DNA of 64,000 nt, taken from assembly GCA_964412505.1 (NCBI GenBank), contig CAYPOM010000002.1, forward strand, positions 39,715 through 103,714. Direction: 5' to 3'. The position numbers and the translations under genes are program-made. This DNA comes from an uncultured Alphaproteobacteria bacterium (GTDB lineage: Bacteria; Pseudomonadota; Alphaproteobacteria; UBA3830; CAYLKK01). A model generated the notes under the pieces. The model ran no database searches. It saw only the letters and a program-made list of their open reading frames with translations, and was not told the DNA's origin. Below, one piece after another: positions 30,158-39,893 of this stretch; position 1 is the first letter of the stretch; every line of letters starts with the position of its first letter.

Positions 30158-31936
30158 CTACTTTACTATTTTTGGCGGAATGTTGATTTTTATATTAAGC
30201 TCCTTAAGTTGCTTTTCTGAAACTTCAGATGGAGCATTCATCATTAAATCTTGAGCTTGTTGATTCAAAGGGAACGCTATAACTTCTCTAATATTAGGCT
30301 CATCAGCAAGAAGCATAATCATTCTATCTATTCCAGGAGCGGATCCTCCATGCGGTGGAGCCCCGTATTGGAATGCATTAAACATTCCGCTAAATTTACT
30401 TTTTACAGTATCCGCATCATAACCAGCAATTTCGAAAGCTTTTAACATTATTTCAGGAACATGATTTCTTATAGCTCCACTAGATAACTCTATTCCATTA
30501 CAAACAATATCATACTGATACGCATTAATTGTTAGCGGGTCTTGAGTCAATAATGCATCCATGCCACCTTGAGGCATTGAGAAAGGATTATGAGAAAAGT
30601 CAATTTTTCCTGTTTCTTCATTTAACTCAAACATAGGAAAATCAACAATCCAGCAAAACTCAAAAGAATCTTTAATTAAGCACAAAGATTCGCCTAGTTT
30701 AGTTCTCACACTGCCAGCGAGCTTCGGCGCTATTTGTTTAGTATTACATACGAAGAATACAGTGCCATCTTCTTGTAAATTTACAACTTTTTTAAGCTCT
30801 GCAAGTTGATTCTGATCTAGGAATTTTACAATAGGTCCTTTTGCTTCTCCATTTACAAAATTTATGTACCCCAACCCAGGCATACCTTCGTCTTTAGCCC
30901 AGTCATTTAATTTATCAAAAAAGCTTCTAGGTTGGTGGGCGGCTTCTTTAGCTAAAATTGCACGAACCACAGAACCGTTTTTTATAGCATCGACAAAAAC
31001 AGTGAAAGTAGAATTTCTGAAAATTTCTGTTACATCTTCAATAACTAAAGGATTTCTCAAATCCGGTTTATCTGATCCGTAGTGTAACATAGCATCCTTG
31101 TATGCAATTCTTCTAAATGGATATTCAGAAACTTCCTTAGTTGAAAATTCTTTAAAAACGCTATACAGGACAGGTTCTAGAACATTAAAAACATCATCTT
31201 GAGTAGCAAAAGCCATTTCAAAATCTAGTTGATAAAATTCGCCAGGAGATCTGTCTGCCCTACTATCTTCATCCCTAAAACATGGGGCTATTTGGAAATA
31301 TTTATCGAACCCTGCGACCATTAATAGCTGTTTAAATTGCTGAGGAGCTTGAGGAAGAGCATAGAACTTTCCTGGATGTAAACGGCTAGGCACCAAAAAA
31401 TCTCTCGCGCCTTCTGGAGAACTTGCCGTTAGAATTGGCGTCTGAATTTCAAGAAAACCAGCATCTGTCATTTTTTGGCGCAAGCTAGAGATAATATTAG
31501 ATCTCATGACAATATTCTTATGCATTTTTTCTCGCCTAAGATCCAAAAAACGATATCTTAATCTATTTTCTTCAGAAAGGTCAGAGACACTACTAACAGA
31601 TAGCGGCAAAGCTGCACACTCTGAAATCGTCGAAAAACTTTTTATAGAGACCTCTATCTCCCCAGTAGGATTTTGGATGTTGACTGTTTCATTAGTTCTT
31701 TTAAGTACGACCCCTTCTATTGTTACCACGTTTTCTAATCTCGTTTTATCAACTTTTTTAAACACTTCGCTATTCGTATCGACAACACACTGTGTGATAC
31801 CATAGTGATCTCTTAAATCTATGAATAATAGGCTTCCGTGATCTCTTTTTTTATGTACCCAACCAGATAATTTTACATTTTCATTCACATCTTTTGAGTT
31901 AAGTTCACCGCATGTATGTGTCCTATATTCATTCAT
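30158..31936 (-). CDS. aspS: aspartate--tRNA ligase (possibly non-discriminating)
   Basis: OB-fold N-terminus, class II motif 2 [10 protein letters not shown], motif 3 [13 protein letters not shown]. About 592 aa from [10 protein letters not shown]. Confidence 0.97.
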   Translation of the reverse strand: MNEYRTHTCGELNSKDVNENVKLSGWVHKKRDHGSLLFIDLRDHYGITQCVVDTNSEVFKKVDKTRLENVVTIEGVVLKRTNETVNIQNPTGEIEVSIKSFSTISECAALPLSVSSVSDLSEENRLRYRFLDLRREKMHKNIVMRSNIISSLRQKMTDAGFLEIQTPILTASSPEGARDFLVPSRLHPGKFYALPQAPQQFKQLLMVAGFDKYFQIAPCFRDEDSRADRSPGEFYQLDFEMAFATQDDVFNVLEPVLYSVFKEFSTKEVSEYPFRRIAYKDAMLHYGSDKPDLRNPLVIEDVTEIFRNSTFTVFVDAIKNGSVVRAILAKEAAHQPRSFFDKLNDWAKDEGMPGLGYINFVNGEAKGPIVKFLDQNQLAELKKVVNLQEDGTVFFVCNTKQIAPKLAGSVRTKLGESLCLIKDSFEFCWIVDFPMFELNEETGKIDFSHNPFSMPQGGMDALLTQDPLTINAYQYDIVCNGIELSSGAIRNHVPEIMLKAFEIAGYDADTVKSKFSGMFNAFQYGAPPHGGSAPGIDRMIMLLADEPNIREVIAFPLNQQAQDLMMNAPSEVSEKQLKELNIKINIPPKIVK

Positions 31937-32145
31937 ATCTTCACCAAAAATCATAAAAACTGTATTTTTAAATTATACTGTTTATCATAAAATGATACAA
32001 GCTGATAAGACGAATATTCTAATAAGATTAATAGTATATATATTAATCTAGCTTACTATTAATAATTTATTCACATAAATTCGAATATAATGTTTTGTGA
32101 ATTTTGTTTGGGCTTTTTATTAAAGCATTTTGTACAGGTGATCAT

Positions 32146-32955
32146 ATGCAAAATGGAATGTCAAAAATATTTGTTATTTTATGCGTATTGTCTATTGATG
32201 TTTCTTTAGCTGAAGAAAATAATGAGTCTATCGTAGATATTACTCAGAATGTATCTACAAATTCTCCATGTGCTGAAGAAGGAGATGCTCCGTACATAAA
32301 GATGTACGAAGCAGGAAATTATCGACTGTTAAACTCTAAGCTGTACCCACATGTAATATACATGACATCTTTTTGCTCTACATGTATTGCTGCCCCATCT
32401 TTTTACGAAGGCAATTGGCATACAGTCAACAGTATAGATCCAAAATTTTTAATAGGTGTAAATTGTTATAAAATTGATATATCTAACGGTAATCACGATA
32501 ATCTAGCAATATCATTAGATGATATCAAAAATTTTGAAAATGAATACGGAGAAATTCAAGGCGGAAGTGTTGTTGTGTTCTTCACAGGTTGGTCGAAATA
32601 TTGGGAACGTAATAATAAAAGATACATTAATAGACATCCTGTTATTAATTTAGATGCAATTGAATATTTATGTTCGAAAGGCATCGCGGGGATAGGTATA
32701 GATGCTCCCTCTATCGACCTAAAAAGAGATGGTTTTTCATCGCAAATAGCATTATATAATAAAGGTAAGTACCTTATAAAAAATATATCTGAACATGCAA
32801 ATAAAATTCCAGCAGTTGGTTCAAAGTTAGTTATAGCACCACTGAAATTTGAAGCGTGTAATGAGGCACCAATTCGCATTTACGCTGTTATAGATCACAA
32901 TAAGGAAAATAATACATCTCTCTTCAGGAAAATCATGAAGTGGTTGATGGGTTAA
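32146..32955 (+). CDS. cyclase/kynurenine-formamidase-family (PF04199-like) protein with signal peptide; metal-binding motif apparently degenerate
   Basis: Family-like blocks are GGSVVVFFTGWSKYW, GIAGIGIDAPSIDL and PLKFEACNEAPIRIYAV. The HxGTHxDxPxH position reads FCSTCIAAPSF. AGGTG RBS precedes the ATG at 32146. Confidence 0.55.
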   Translation: MQNGMSKIFVILCVLSIDVSLAEENNESIVDITQNVSTNSPCAEEGDAPYIKMYEAGNYRLLNSKLYPHVIYMTSFCSTCIAAPSFYEGNWHTVNSIDPKFLIGVNCYKIDISNGNHDNLAISLDDIKNFENEYGEIQGGSVVVFFTGWSKYWERNNKRYINRHPVINLDAIEYLCSKGIAGIGIDAPSIDLKRDGFSSQIALYNKGKYLIKNISEHANKIPAVGSKLVIAPLKFEACNEAPIRIYAVIDHNKENNTSLFRKIMKWLMG

Positions 32956-32983
32956 TGGCACATATAAAAAATTGTCTTTGATA

Positions 32984-33077
32984 TAAATGCATTAACAATG
33001 TGACGTGCATCAATAATATTAATGCATTTACAGCATAAGTGCATATATTAAAAGCAATCATAATGTGTAGTCTGCAT
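32984..33077. promoter_or_regulatory. periodic TGCAT array plus 12-bp inverted repeat upstream of the KimA-like transporter gene
   Basis: TGCAT occurs at 32988, 33006, 33023, 33040 and 33073, giving spacings of 18, 17, 17 and 33 nt. TAAATGCATTAA (32984..32995) and TTAATGCATTTA (33019..33030) form a perfect inverted repeat. Confidence 0.35.
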
Positions 33078-33127
33078 ATTGCTAAGTTTTATTACATCAG
33101 TTTTTATAGTAGAATTTGTAGATCTTT

Positions 33128-34978
33128 GTGGAGATTATATTGAGTATAGGAAATATTATTTTCGGTAACCCTCTAAAAACTGAAAATTTAGAAGGACAGA
33201 GCTTGCCAAAAAAGAAAGCTTTGGCTGTCTTTTCTGCTGATCTTCTTTCTACTGTTTCGTATGCGACAGAAGAAATATTAATTTCCCTTGCCACAATCGC
33301 AGCATTTTGTTTTTCTTTCAAAATAGCGCTGTGCATAGCGTGCTTAATGTTAATTATTTGTTCATCGTACATGAACACAATTAAAGAATATCCAAATGGA
33401 GGCGGAGCGTTTTCTGTAGCCTACAAAAATTTTGGAGAAAACGCAGGATTATTAGCCGCTTCTGTTCTATTTTTTGGATACACACTTACTGTTGCCGTGA
33501 GCCTTTCTGCGAGTGTAAATGCTATTACATCTGCATTTCCTGAGCTACAAACATATTCAATTAACATTTGTATAGGATATATAATTTTAATTACTCTTTT
33601 TAATCTTAGAGGAACTAAAGGGGCTGCTAATATTTTTACATACCCAACTTATACATTTATAATAACCATCTTTATCCTTATAATATGCGGTTTATTTTCT
33701 AATGCTGATAATCAAAGCTATACAATTACACAAAAACATGACTTTTCGATAACAGAAATAAGTGTAATATTTCAGGCATTCGCATATGGATGTACAGTGA
33801 TGTCAGGAATAGAGTCAATTTCATGTAGCGTTCCATCGTTCGAGAAACCACGTAGACATAATGCGAAAGTAACTTTAGCATGCGTAGTAGCTATATTATT
33901 ATCAATGTTCTTGGGAATTACTTATATAGCCCAAAAATTACAAATTACACCATCGTCTTCTGAAACAGTACTCTCTCAGATTGCTAAAATATCTAGTGGT
34001 GGTACAGGTGTAATATACTATTTTACACAAATTATGACTTCCATAATACTTTTGATGGCAGCAAATACATCATTTTCTGGGTTCCCCAGACTTGCTAGTG
34101 TCCTTGCGAAAGAACGCTATATCCCTACTAGTTTTGCAAACCTGGGAGACAGGTTAGCGTTCTCAAATGGGATAATTTTTTTAGCAGTATTTTCTGGAAT
34201 TTTGATAATTTCTTTTGATTGCGATACACACTCGTTAATTCCTTTATATTCATGCTGTGTATTCTTATCGTTTTCATTATCTCAAGCAGGCATATTAGTG
34301 CATCTTATCCGAGAGAGAAAAGAAAATTGGTATGTTAAAGCTATATGTTCTGTAATAGGGACAGTCGCTACAATGTTGATATTTTCGATTGTTTTAATTA
34401 GCAAGTTTTTAGATGGTTCTTGGCTGTTTTTTATCGTAATACCATCATCTATAATATTATTTAAATGCATCAATAAAACATACAGAAAAACTCACAGAAC
34501 GTTAGATTTAAAAAATGGAGGATTAGGTAAACTAATACGAAGTAAGAATACAAAGGAACAAACAACTGTCGTAGTTCCAATTTCGAGAATTCACAAAGGC
34601 ACAATATCCGCTTTAAAATTCGCGCAAACACTATCTAGTAATGTCATAGCTGTTATTGTAAATATAAACCAAAAAGAAACAGAAAAAGTAAAATTAGCAT
34701 GGGACGCTCTTAATTTTTTTATGCCATTAGTAATCCTAGAATCTCCATATCGATCTATCATAACCCCACTTTTGGAATATCTCAATGAAATTGATAAAAC
34801 TACAAAAAATGGAGAACCAGCAATCGTCGTATTGCCAAGTTTTATTCCAGGAGAGTTATGGCACAATATATTACATAACCAAACAGCTACTATTTTAAAA
34901 ACAGCATTATTTTATAGAGAAAAAAATAATGAGAATGTTAGAATTATAGTAGATGTCCCATACAAACTAGTAGATTGA
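33128..34978 (+). CDS. APC-superfamily transporter, KimA-like (putative K+/H+ symporter type)
   Basis: The N-terminus GNPLKTENLEGQSLPKKKALAVFSADLLSTVSYATEEIL closely mirrors the KimA/YdaO-type N-terminus. About 12 TM helices and a roughly 150-aa cytoplasmic C-terminal domain. The start codon is uncertain. Confidence 0.65.
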   Translation: MEIILSIGNIIFGNPLKTENLEGQSLPKKKALAVFSADLLSTVSYATEEILISLATIAAFCFSFKIALCIACLMLIICSSYMNTIKEYPNGGGAFSVAYKNFGENAGLLAASVLFFGYTLTVAVSLSASVNAITSAFPELQTYSINICIGYIILITLFNLRGTKGAANIFTYPTYTFIITIFILIICGLFSNADNQSYTITQKHDFSITEISVIFQAFAYGCTVMSGIESISCSVPSFEKPRRHNAKVTLACVVAILLSMFLGITYIAQKLQITPSSSETVLSQIAKISSGGTGVIYYFTQIMTSIILLMAANTSFSGFPRLASVLAKERYIPTSFANLGDRLAFSNGIIFLAVFSGILIISFDCDTHSLIPLYSCCVFLSFSLSQAGILVHLIRERKENWYVKAICSVIGTVATMLIFSIVLISKFLDGSWLFFIVIPSSIILFKCINKTYRKTHRTLDLKNGGLGKLIRSKNTKEQTTVVVPISRIHKGTISALKFAQTLSSNVIAVIVNINQKETEKVKLAWDALNFFMPLVILESPYRSIITPLLEYLNEIDKTTKNGEPAIVVLPSFIPGELWHNILHNQTATILKTALFYREKNNENVRIIVDVPYKLVD

Positions 34979-35049
34979 AATTCACGAAAACTTAACCATT
35001 GCTTTTGTACAATTATAGCTTGATACAATATTATTTTAGGAGGATAATA

Positions 35050-37002
35050 ATGTCTGGCGAGTTGTTATGGACACCATCAGAAAAACGAATAAAAGATTCT
35101 AACATTTATAAGTTTATAGAATTTATCAACAAAAAATATTCACAAAAAATTTCTAATTACACAGAATTATGGGAATGGTCTGTAAATAGTAATTATGAAT
35201 TTTGGCGCGCAATTTTTGATTTTTGTAACATCATCTACAGCGATAGAGGGGAACGCGTTAGTAACAATGAATCTACGTTTTGGCTACATAGATACTTTCC
35301 AGATGCAAGATTAAATTATGCAGAAAATTTGTTATGGAAAAGAGAAGGAACAGCTTTTATATTCGTAGGCGAAGATAAAGTTACGACAGAAATGTCGTAC
35401 GAAGAATTGTACGAAAAAGTAGCCCAAACAGCGTTAGCTTTGAAAGATGCAGGAGTAACTGTAGGAGATAGAGTCGCAGGTTATACAGCAAATATGCCAG
35501 AAACTATAATAGCGGCACTGGCTACAATTAGTATCGGAGCGATATGGGCATCTTGTTCTCCTGATTTTGGTGTAAATGGCGCACTAGACAGACTAAAGCA
35601 AATTTCGCCAAAAATTTTGTTTGCAGTAGATGGCTATTATTACAAAGGGAAAGAGTTTTGTAACTTAGATAAAATAGCACAAGTCTCAAATGAGATGAAT
35701 GTTGAAAAGACTATTATAATTCCATATATAAGCAATAAATTACCGGAAAGAATAAACTCAGATTGCATATTTTTCGATGATTTTTCGAAAGGCAAGAACA
35801 TAGAAGAATTCTACTTTGAGCAACTTCCTTTCAATCATCCAATCTATATACTATTTACATCTGGTACTACTGGGGTACCAAAGTGTATGGTGCATGGTGC
35901 TGGAGGAACTTTACTCCAACATAAAAAAGAGCAAATGCTGCAATGTGACTTAAAAAGCGGGGATGTAGCATTTTATTTTACGACATGCAGTTGGATGATG
36001 TGGAATTGGCAGGTGTCTATGCTTTCATCTGGAGTTACAATGATGCTTTATGAAGGAATGCCAATGTATCCTGATACTGATGTATTGTTTAAACTGTCAG
36101 AAAAATATAAAGTAAGTTTCTTTGGAACATCTTCAAAATACTTAGATACATTATACAAGTCTGACATTAATGTAATTGATAAGTATGATTTATCAAGCTT
36201 GAAAACTATAGGTGTAACTGGCTCACCATTATCGAAAGATACATTTAAATTTGTATATGAAAAAATCAAGAAAGATGTACATCTAAATGTTTTTGCAGGT
36301 GGTGGAGATATAATATCAAGCTTTAACATGGGGAACCCTATAAGCCCTGTATATGCTGGCGAAATGCAAGGCAGAGGCTTAGGAATGGATGTAAGAGTAT
36401 TTGATGATGGAGGGAGCGAATTACCAATAGGAGAACAAGGAAAACTAGTATGCGTAAAACCATTCGTATCTCAGCCTATTGAATTTTGGGGAGACGATAA
36501 TTTTAAACGCCTAAAGTCCTCATACTTCGAGGAATTTCCAGGTGTTTGGAGTCATGGTGATTGGTTTGAAATTACAGAGAATGGAGGAAGTATAATTACA
36601 GGAAGAGCTGACGCAGTTTTAAACCCATCAGGAATTAGAATAGGAACAGCTGAAATTTACGAACAAGTACAAAAAGTATATGAGATCTTAGAATGTTGTG
36701 CCGTCGGACAACAATGGAATGACGATGAACGTGTAATTTTATTTGTAGTTTTAAGAGATGGATACGCATTAGATGAACAGCTAATTAGTAAGATTAAAAC
36801 GACTATAAAAGCTGGAGCGACTCCTAGACATGTCCCAAGCAAGATAATAGCAGTTCCTGGTATTCCAAAAACAAAAAATGGAAAAATAACTGAGGTGGCA
36901 GTAAAATATACTATTCACGGAAGAGAAGTCAAAAATAAAGACTCACTAGAGGACGCCTCTGTACTTGAATATTTCAAAGATATAGAAGAACTAAAAAGTT
37001 AA
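35050..37002 (+). CDS. acetoacetyl-CoA synthetase (acetoacetate--CoA ligase)
   Basis: AMP-binding motif FTSGTTGVPK. The N-terminus LLWTPSEKRIKDSNIYKF and length of about 650 aa are typical of AACS rather than Acs. AGGAGG RBS precedes the ATG at 35050. Confidence 0.8.
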   Translation: MSGELLWTPSEKRIKDSNIYKFIEFINKKYSQKISNYTELWEWSVNSNYEFWRAIFDFCNIIYSDRGERVSNNESTFWLHRYFPDARLNYAENLLWKREGTAFIFVGEDKVTTEMSYEELYEKVAQTALALKDAGVTVGDRVAGYTANMPETIIAALATISIGAIWASCSPDFGVNGALDRLKQISPKILFAVDGYYYKGKEFCNLDKIAQVSNEMNVEKTIIIPYISNKLPERINSDCIFFDDFSKGKNIEEFYFEQLPFNHPIYILFTSGTTGVPKCMVHGAGGTLLQHKKEQMLQCDLKSGDVAFYFTTCSWMMWNWQVSMLSSGVTMMLYEGMPMYPDTDVLFKLSEKYKVSFFGTSSKYLDTLYKSDINVIDKYDLSSLKTIGVTGSPLSKDTFKFVYEKIKKDVHLNVFAGGGDIISSFNMGNPISPVYAGEMQGRGLGMDVRVFDDGGSELPIGEQGKLVCVKPFVSQPIEFWGDDNFKRLKSSYFEEFPGVWSHGDWFEITENGGSIITGRADAVLNPSGIRIGTAEIYEQVQKVYEILECCAVGQQWNDDERVILFVVLRDGYALDEQLISKIKTTIKAGATPRHVPSKIIAVPGIPKTKNGKITEVAVKYTIHGREVKNKDSLEDASVLEYFKDIEELKS

Positions 37003-37022
37003 ACAAAAATATATCGATCATT

Positions 37023-37052
37023 AAAAAGGCATACACAAAACAGTGTCTTTTT
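37023..37052. terminator. weak imperfect hairpin between convergent AACS and radC
   Basis: AAAAAGGCATACAC-AAAACA-GTGTCTTTTT. The stem is interrupted by a bulge and followed by a T-run. Confidence 0.25.
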
Positions 37053-37100
37053 AGGATTGATATATACTTTTTATAAGGTAAATAACCTATAAATAAGCTT

Positions 37101-37781
37101 TTATAAAATTCCAAATTTTTTCATAGAGAAATAACTGTTATTTCCTATGATTATGTGATCATGTAATTCTATATCTAGTGATGCTGCAATATTCTTCAAT
37201 TTTTTTGTACTTTCTATATCTTCATATGTAGGCATTACATCACCGCTAGGATGATTATGAACAAGTATTATCGCGCTAGCTCCAACGCTTATCGCTTTAT
37301 GTACAATCTTTCTATTATTTAGATATACTGAATTTATATCGCCTATACTGACCTGCTCTTCATAAACTAGAATATTTTTCTTATTAAGATAAAATGCGAG
37401 TAAAACTTCGTTTTTCAAATTTTTAATAGAAATTCCGCAATAATTCACTATATCACTTATAGAAGATAATCTAATCTCTTTTTTTTTCACAATAGACTTT
37501 GACATAGAATCAAATATTTTTGAAATTAAATGGAAAAGAATGACAGTTCTATCCCCTACTCCATTTGTTTCAATTAATATAGACTCATCAGCAAACATTA
37601 CTCCATTTAAGTTACCAAATCTTTTAATCAAATCTTTTGCTATTGCTTTGGTATCTTTTCTTCTATTAACAAAGAACAACAAAAGTTCAAGCAATTCGTA
37701 ATCTGGAACACGTATTTCTGATTTATATGTATCTTGAAATCTTTTTATTGCCCTAGCTCTATGACCTATCTTTCCACTCAT
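37101..37781 (-). CDS. radC: RadC-like JAB-domain protein
   Basis: JAMM/JAB motif VHNHPSGD, with an N-terminal helix-hairpin-helix-like region. Start taken at MSGKIGHRA. Confidence 0.85.
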   Translation of the reverse strand: MSGKIGHRARAIKRFQDTYKSEIRVPDYELLELLLFFVNRRKDTKAIAKDLIKRFGNLNGVMFADESILIETNGVGDRTVILFHLISKIFDSMSKSIVKKKEIRLSSISDIVNYCGISIKNLKNEVLLAFYLNKKNILVYEEQVSIGDINSVYLNNRKIVHKAISVGASAIILVHNHPSGDVMPTYEDIESTKKLKNIAASLDIELHDHIIIGNNSYFSMKKFGIL

Positions 37782-37830
37782 ACAATAGCACAAGTATATA
37801 ATTTATCCTGATAATATATGTTTAAAATTA

Positions 37831-38577
37831 CTATTCTGTAAAAATTATACAACCAGTTTCTGTTATACCGACAGTATGCTCAAACTGAGCAGAGAGAGAA
37901 CCATCGGCTGTAACGGCAGTCCATCCATCATCTAACACACGACAACTCGAATCACCAGCGTTTATCATTGGTTCAACAGTAAAACAATTACCGACTTCCA
38001 AAATTGGGCCACTACCTTTATTAGCATGATGCAATACTATTGGATCTTCATGGAAGCTTTTACCTATTCCGTGTCCACAATAATCTCTAACAATAGAAAA
38101 ACCGTGTTTTCTAGTAATGGTCTTAATAGGCTCGCATATATCTCCAAGATGTATTCCAGGTTTCAGCAAAGCAATAGCAGACATCATCGCTTCATAAGTT
38201 GCATTTATCAATGTTCTTGCGTTTTTTGAAACATTACCTACAGTATACATTCTACTAGTATCACCATAATATCCGTCAAGGATAACAGTTACATCTATAT
38301 TCAAAATATCACCATTTTGAAGTTTCCTCTCAGAAGGTATTCCGTGACAAATAACTTCATTTATCGATATACAGACAGATTTTGGATAACCATGATAATT
38401 TAAAGGAGCTGGAATAGCATTATTTCTTATAATTTCATCATGGCAAATTTTATTCAATTCTTCAGTAGTGACTCCTTCAACAACGAACTGATCAACATAA
38501 TCAAGAATGTGCTTAGCAAGCTGACCAGCATTGTACATTTTTTCGAAAGCTTGTTTAGAGTACTTCCTTATCGCCAT
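37831..38577 (-). CDS. map: type I methionine aminopeptidase
   Basis: Metal ligand blocks are CHGIP, DVTVILDGYYGD, GHGIG and EPMI. 248 aa. Confidence 0.95.
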   Translation of the reverse strand: MAIRKYSKQAFEKMYNAGQLAKHILDYVDQFVVEGVTTEELNKICHDEIIRNNAIPAPLNYHGYPKSVCISINEVICHGIPSERKLQNGDILNIDVTVILDGYYGDTSRMYTVGNVSKNARTLINATYEAMMSAIALLKPGIHLGDICEPIKTITRKHGFSIVRDYCGHGIGKSFHEDPIVLHHANKGSGPILEVGNCFTVEPMINAGDSSCRVLDDGWTAVTADGSLSAQFEHTVGITETGCIIFTE

Positions 38578-38619
38578 AATAAATTACACAAATAAAATCA
38601 GTTTTATTGTATCAGAATT

Positions 38620-39093
38620 TTATGCATATATCACATCTAAAATTTCATACATTTTTTCCCCACTTGGGCTTACAAAAGTTACCTCATCTCCTTTGTCCTT
38701 TCCTAATAAGGTTTTCCCTAGTGGGGACTGTACAGACAGTAGTCCTTTAGAAATATCGGCTTCGTCAATGCCAACTATTTTATACTTAAATTCCTCATCA
38801 GTATCGACATCACAAACAATTACAGTAGTTCCGAATCTCACACTAGTTCCTGTCATTTTTGTAACATCAACTATCTCAGCTAAAGCTAGTTTGCTTTCTA
38901 GTTCCTTGATTCTTCCCTCTATAAGACCTTGTTTGTCCTTAGCATACTGATACTCGGCATTTTCCGATAAATCTCCTAACGCTCTAGCCTCTGCAATTGC
39001 TTGAATTACAGCAGGACGTTCATTAGATTTTAAATTTTTTAATTCATCTTCTAAAATCTTATAACCTTCAGGTGTCATATAAACCTTACTCAT
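38620..39093 (-). CDS. greA: transcription elongation factor GreA
   Basis: The N-terminal coiled coil MTPEGYKILEDELKNLK...AEARALGDLSENAEY and C-terminal globular domain are present. AGGAG RBS precedes the ATG at 39093. Confidence 0.95.
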   Translation of the reverse strand: MSKVYMTPEGYKILEDELKNLKSNERPAVIQAIAEARALGDLSENAEYQYAKDKQGLIEGRIKELESKLALAEIVDVTKMTGTSVRFGTTVIVCDVDTDEEFKYKIVGIDEADISKGLLSVQSPLGKTLLGKDKGDEVTFVSPSGEKMYEILDVIYA

Positions 39094-39203
39094 CGTATTT
39101 CTCCTAAAAAACAACTTGTTGTAAAACTAATGAAATTAGATCACTTGCAAAACATACTATAGAAATTTTGTATACAAATAGTTAACTATTTATCATTCTA
39201 ATT

Positions 39204-39893
39204 TTAACTTGCACTTACCAATTTCGGCCACATAGCATTATCTAAATTTGCTAACATATCTTCATGATTCTTTATTTCTTCAGCAGATGCGTAAAAATCT
39301 CTAGCTTTCCTTACTGCAGCAATTTGCTTTTTTTTCACTTCCTTATCTTGTTCTGTCAATACACCGAAAGATAGTATGCTTTGTTTCCCTCCTAGCATGT
39401 GAATATATACTTCACTAAGTAGCCAACAATCTATCAATGCACCATGTTTTTCACGCTTTTCTAAAGATACATCAAAGCGCTTACAAAGTGCGTCTAAACT
39501 TGCTGGAGCTCCAGGAAATTTCTTTCTAGCTATCAATAATGTATCAACGACATTATCCATTGATATAAGAGGCTTATTAACTTTTTTTAGCTCAGAATTT
39601 AAGAAACCAATATCAAATTTCGCATTATGTATAACTAAAGTAGAATCTCCAATAAACTTCAAAAAATCATCTACAATTTCTTTAAACTTCGGTTTATCAT
39701 AGAAAAATTCACTAGGTAATCCACAAATTTCTTGAGCTTCTTTAGACACTTCTCTTTCTGGATTTATGTAAGTCTGGTATACATTACCTGTAGGAATTTT
39801 ATCTATCAGCTCTACACATCCTATTTCTGTTAACCTATCTCCAGTTGCATGATTTAAACCTGTGGTTTCAGTGTCTAAAATGATCTCTCTCAA
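39204..39893 (-). CDS. dnaQ: DNA polymerase III epsilon subunit (3'-5' exonuclease)
   Basis: Exo I ILDTETTGL, Exo II VIHNAKFDIGFL, Exo III HGALIDCWLLSEVY. Confidence 0.9.
   Translation of the reverse strand: MREIILDTETTGLNHATGDRLTEIGCVELIDKIPTGNVYQTYINPEREVSKEAQEICGLPSEFFYDKPKFKEIVDDFLKFIGDSTLVIHNAKFDIGFLNSELKKVNKPLISMDNVVDTLLIARKKFPGAPASLDALCKRFDVSLEKREKHGALIDCWLLSEVYIHMLGGKQSILSFGVLTEQDKEVKKKQIAAVRKARDFYASAEEIKNHEDMLANLDNAMWPKLVSAS

Noticed and set aside
33097-33378. 93-aa minus-strand ORF overlapping the start of the KimA-like gene
   Set aside because: It overlaps the conserved N-terminus of the transporter on the opposite strand, and I recognise no family motifs in it. It is likely spurious.
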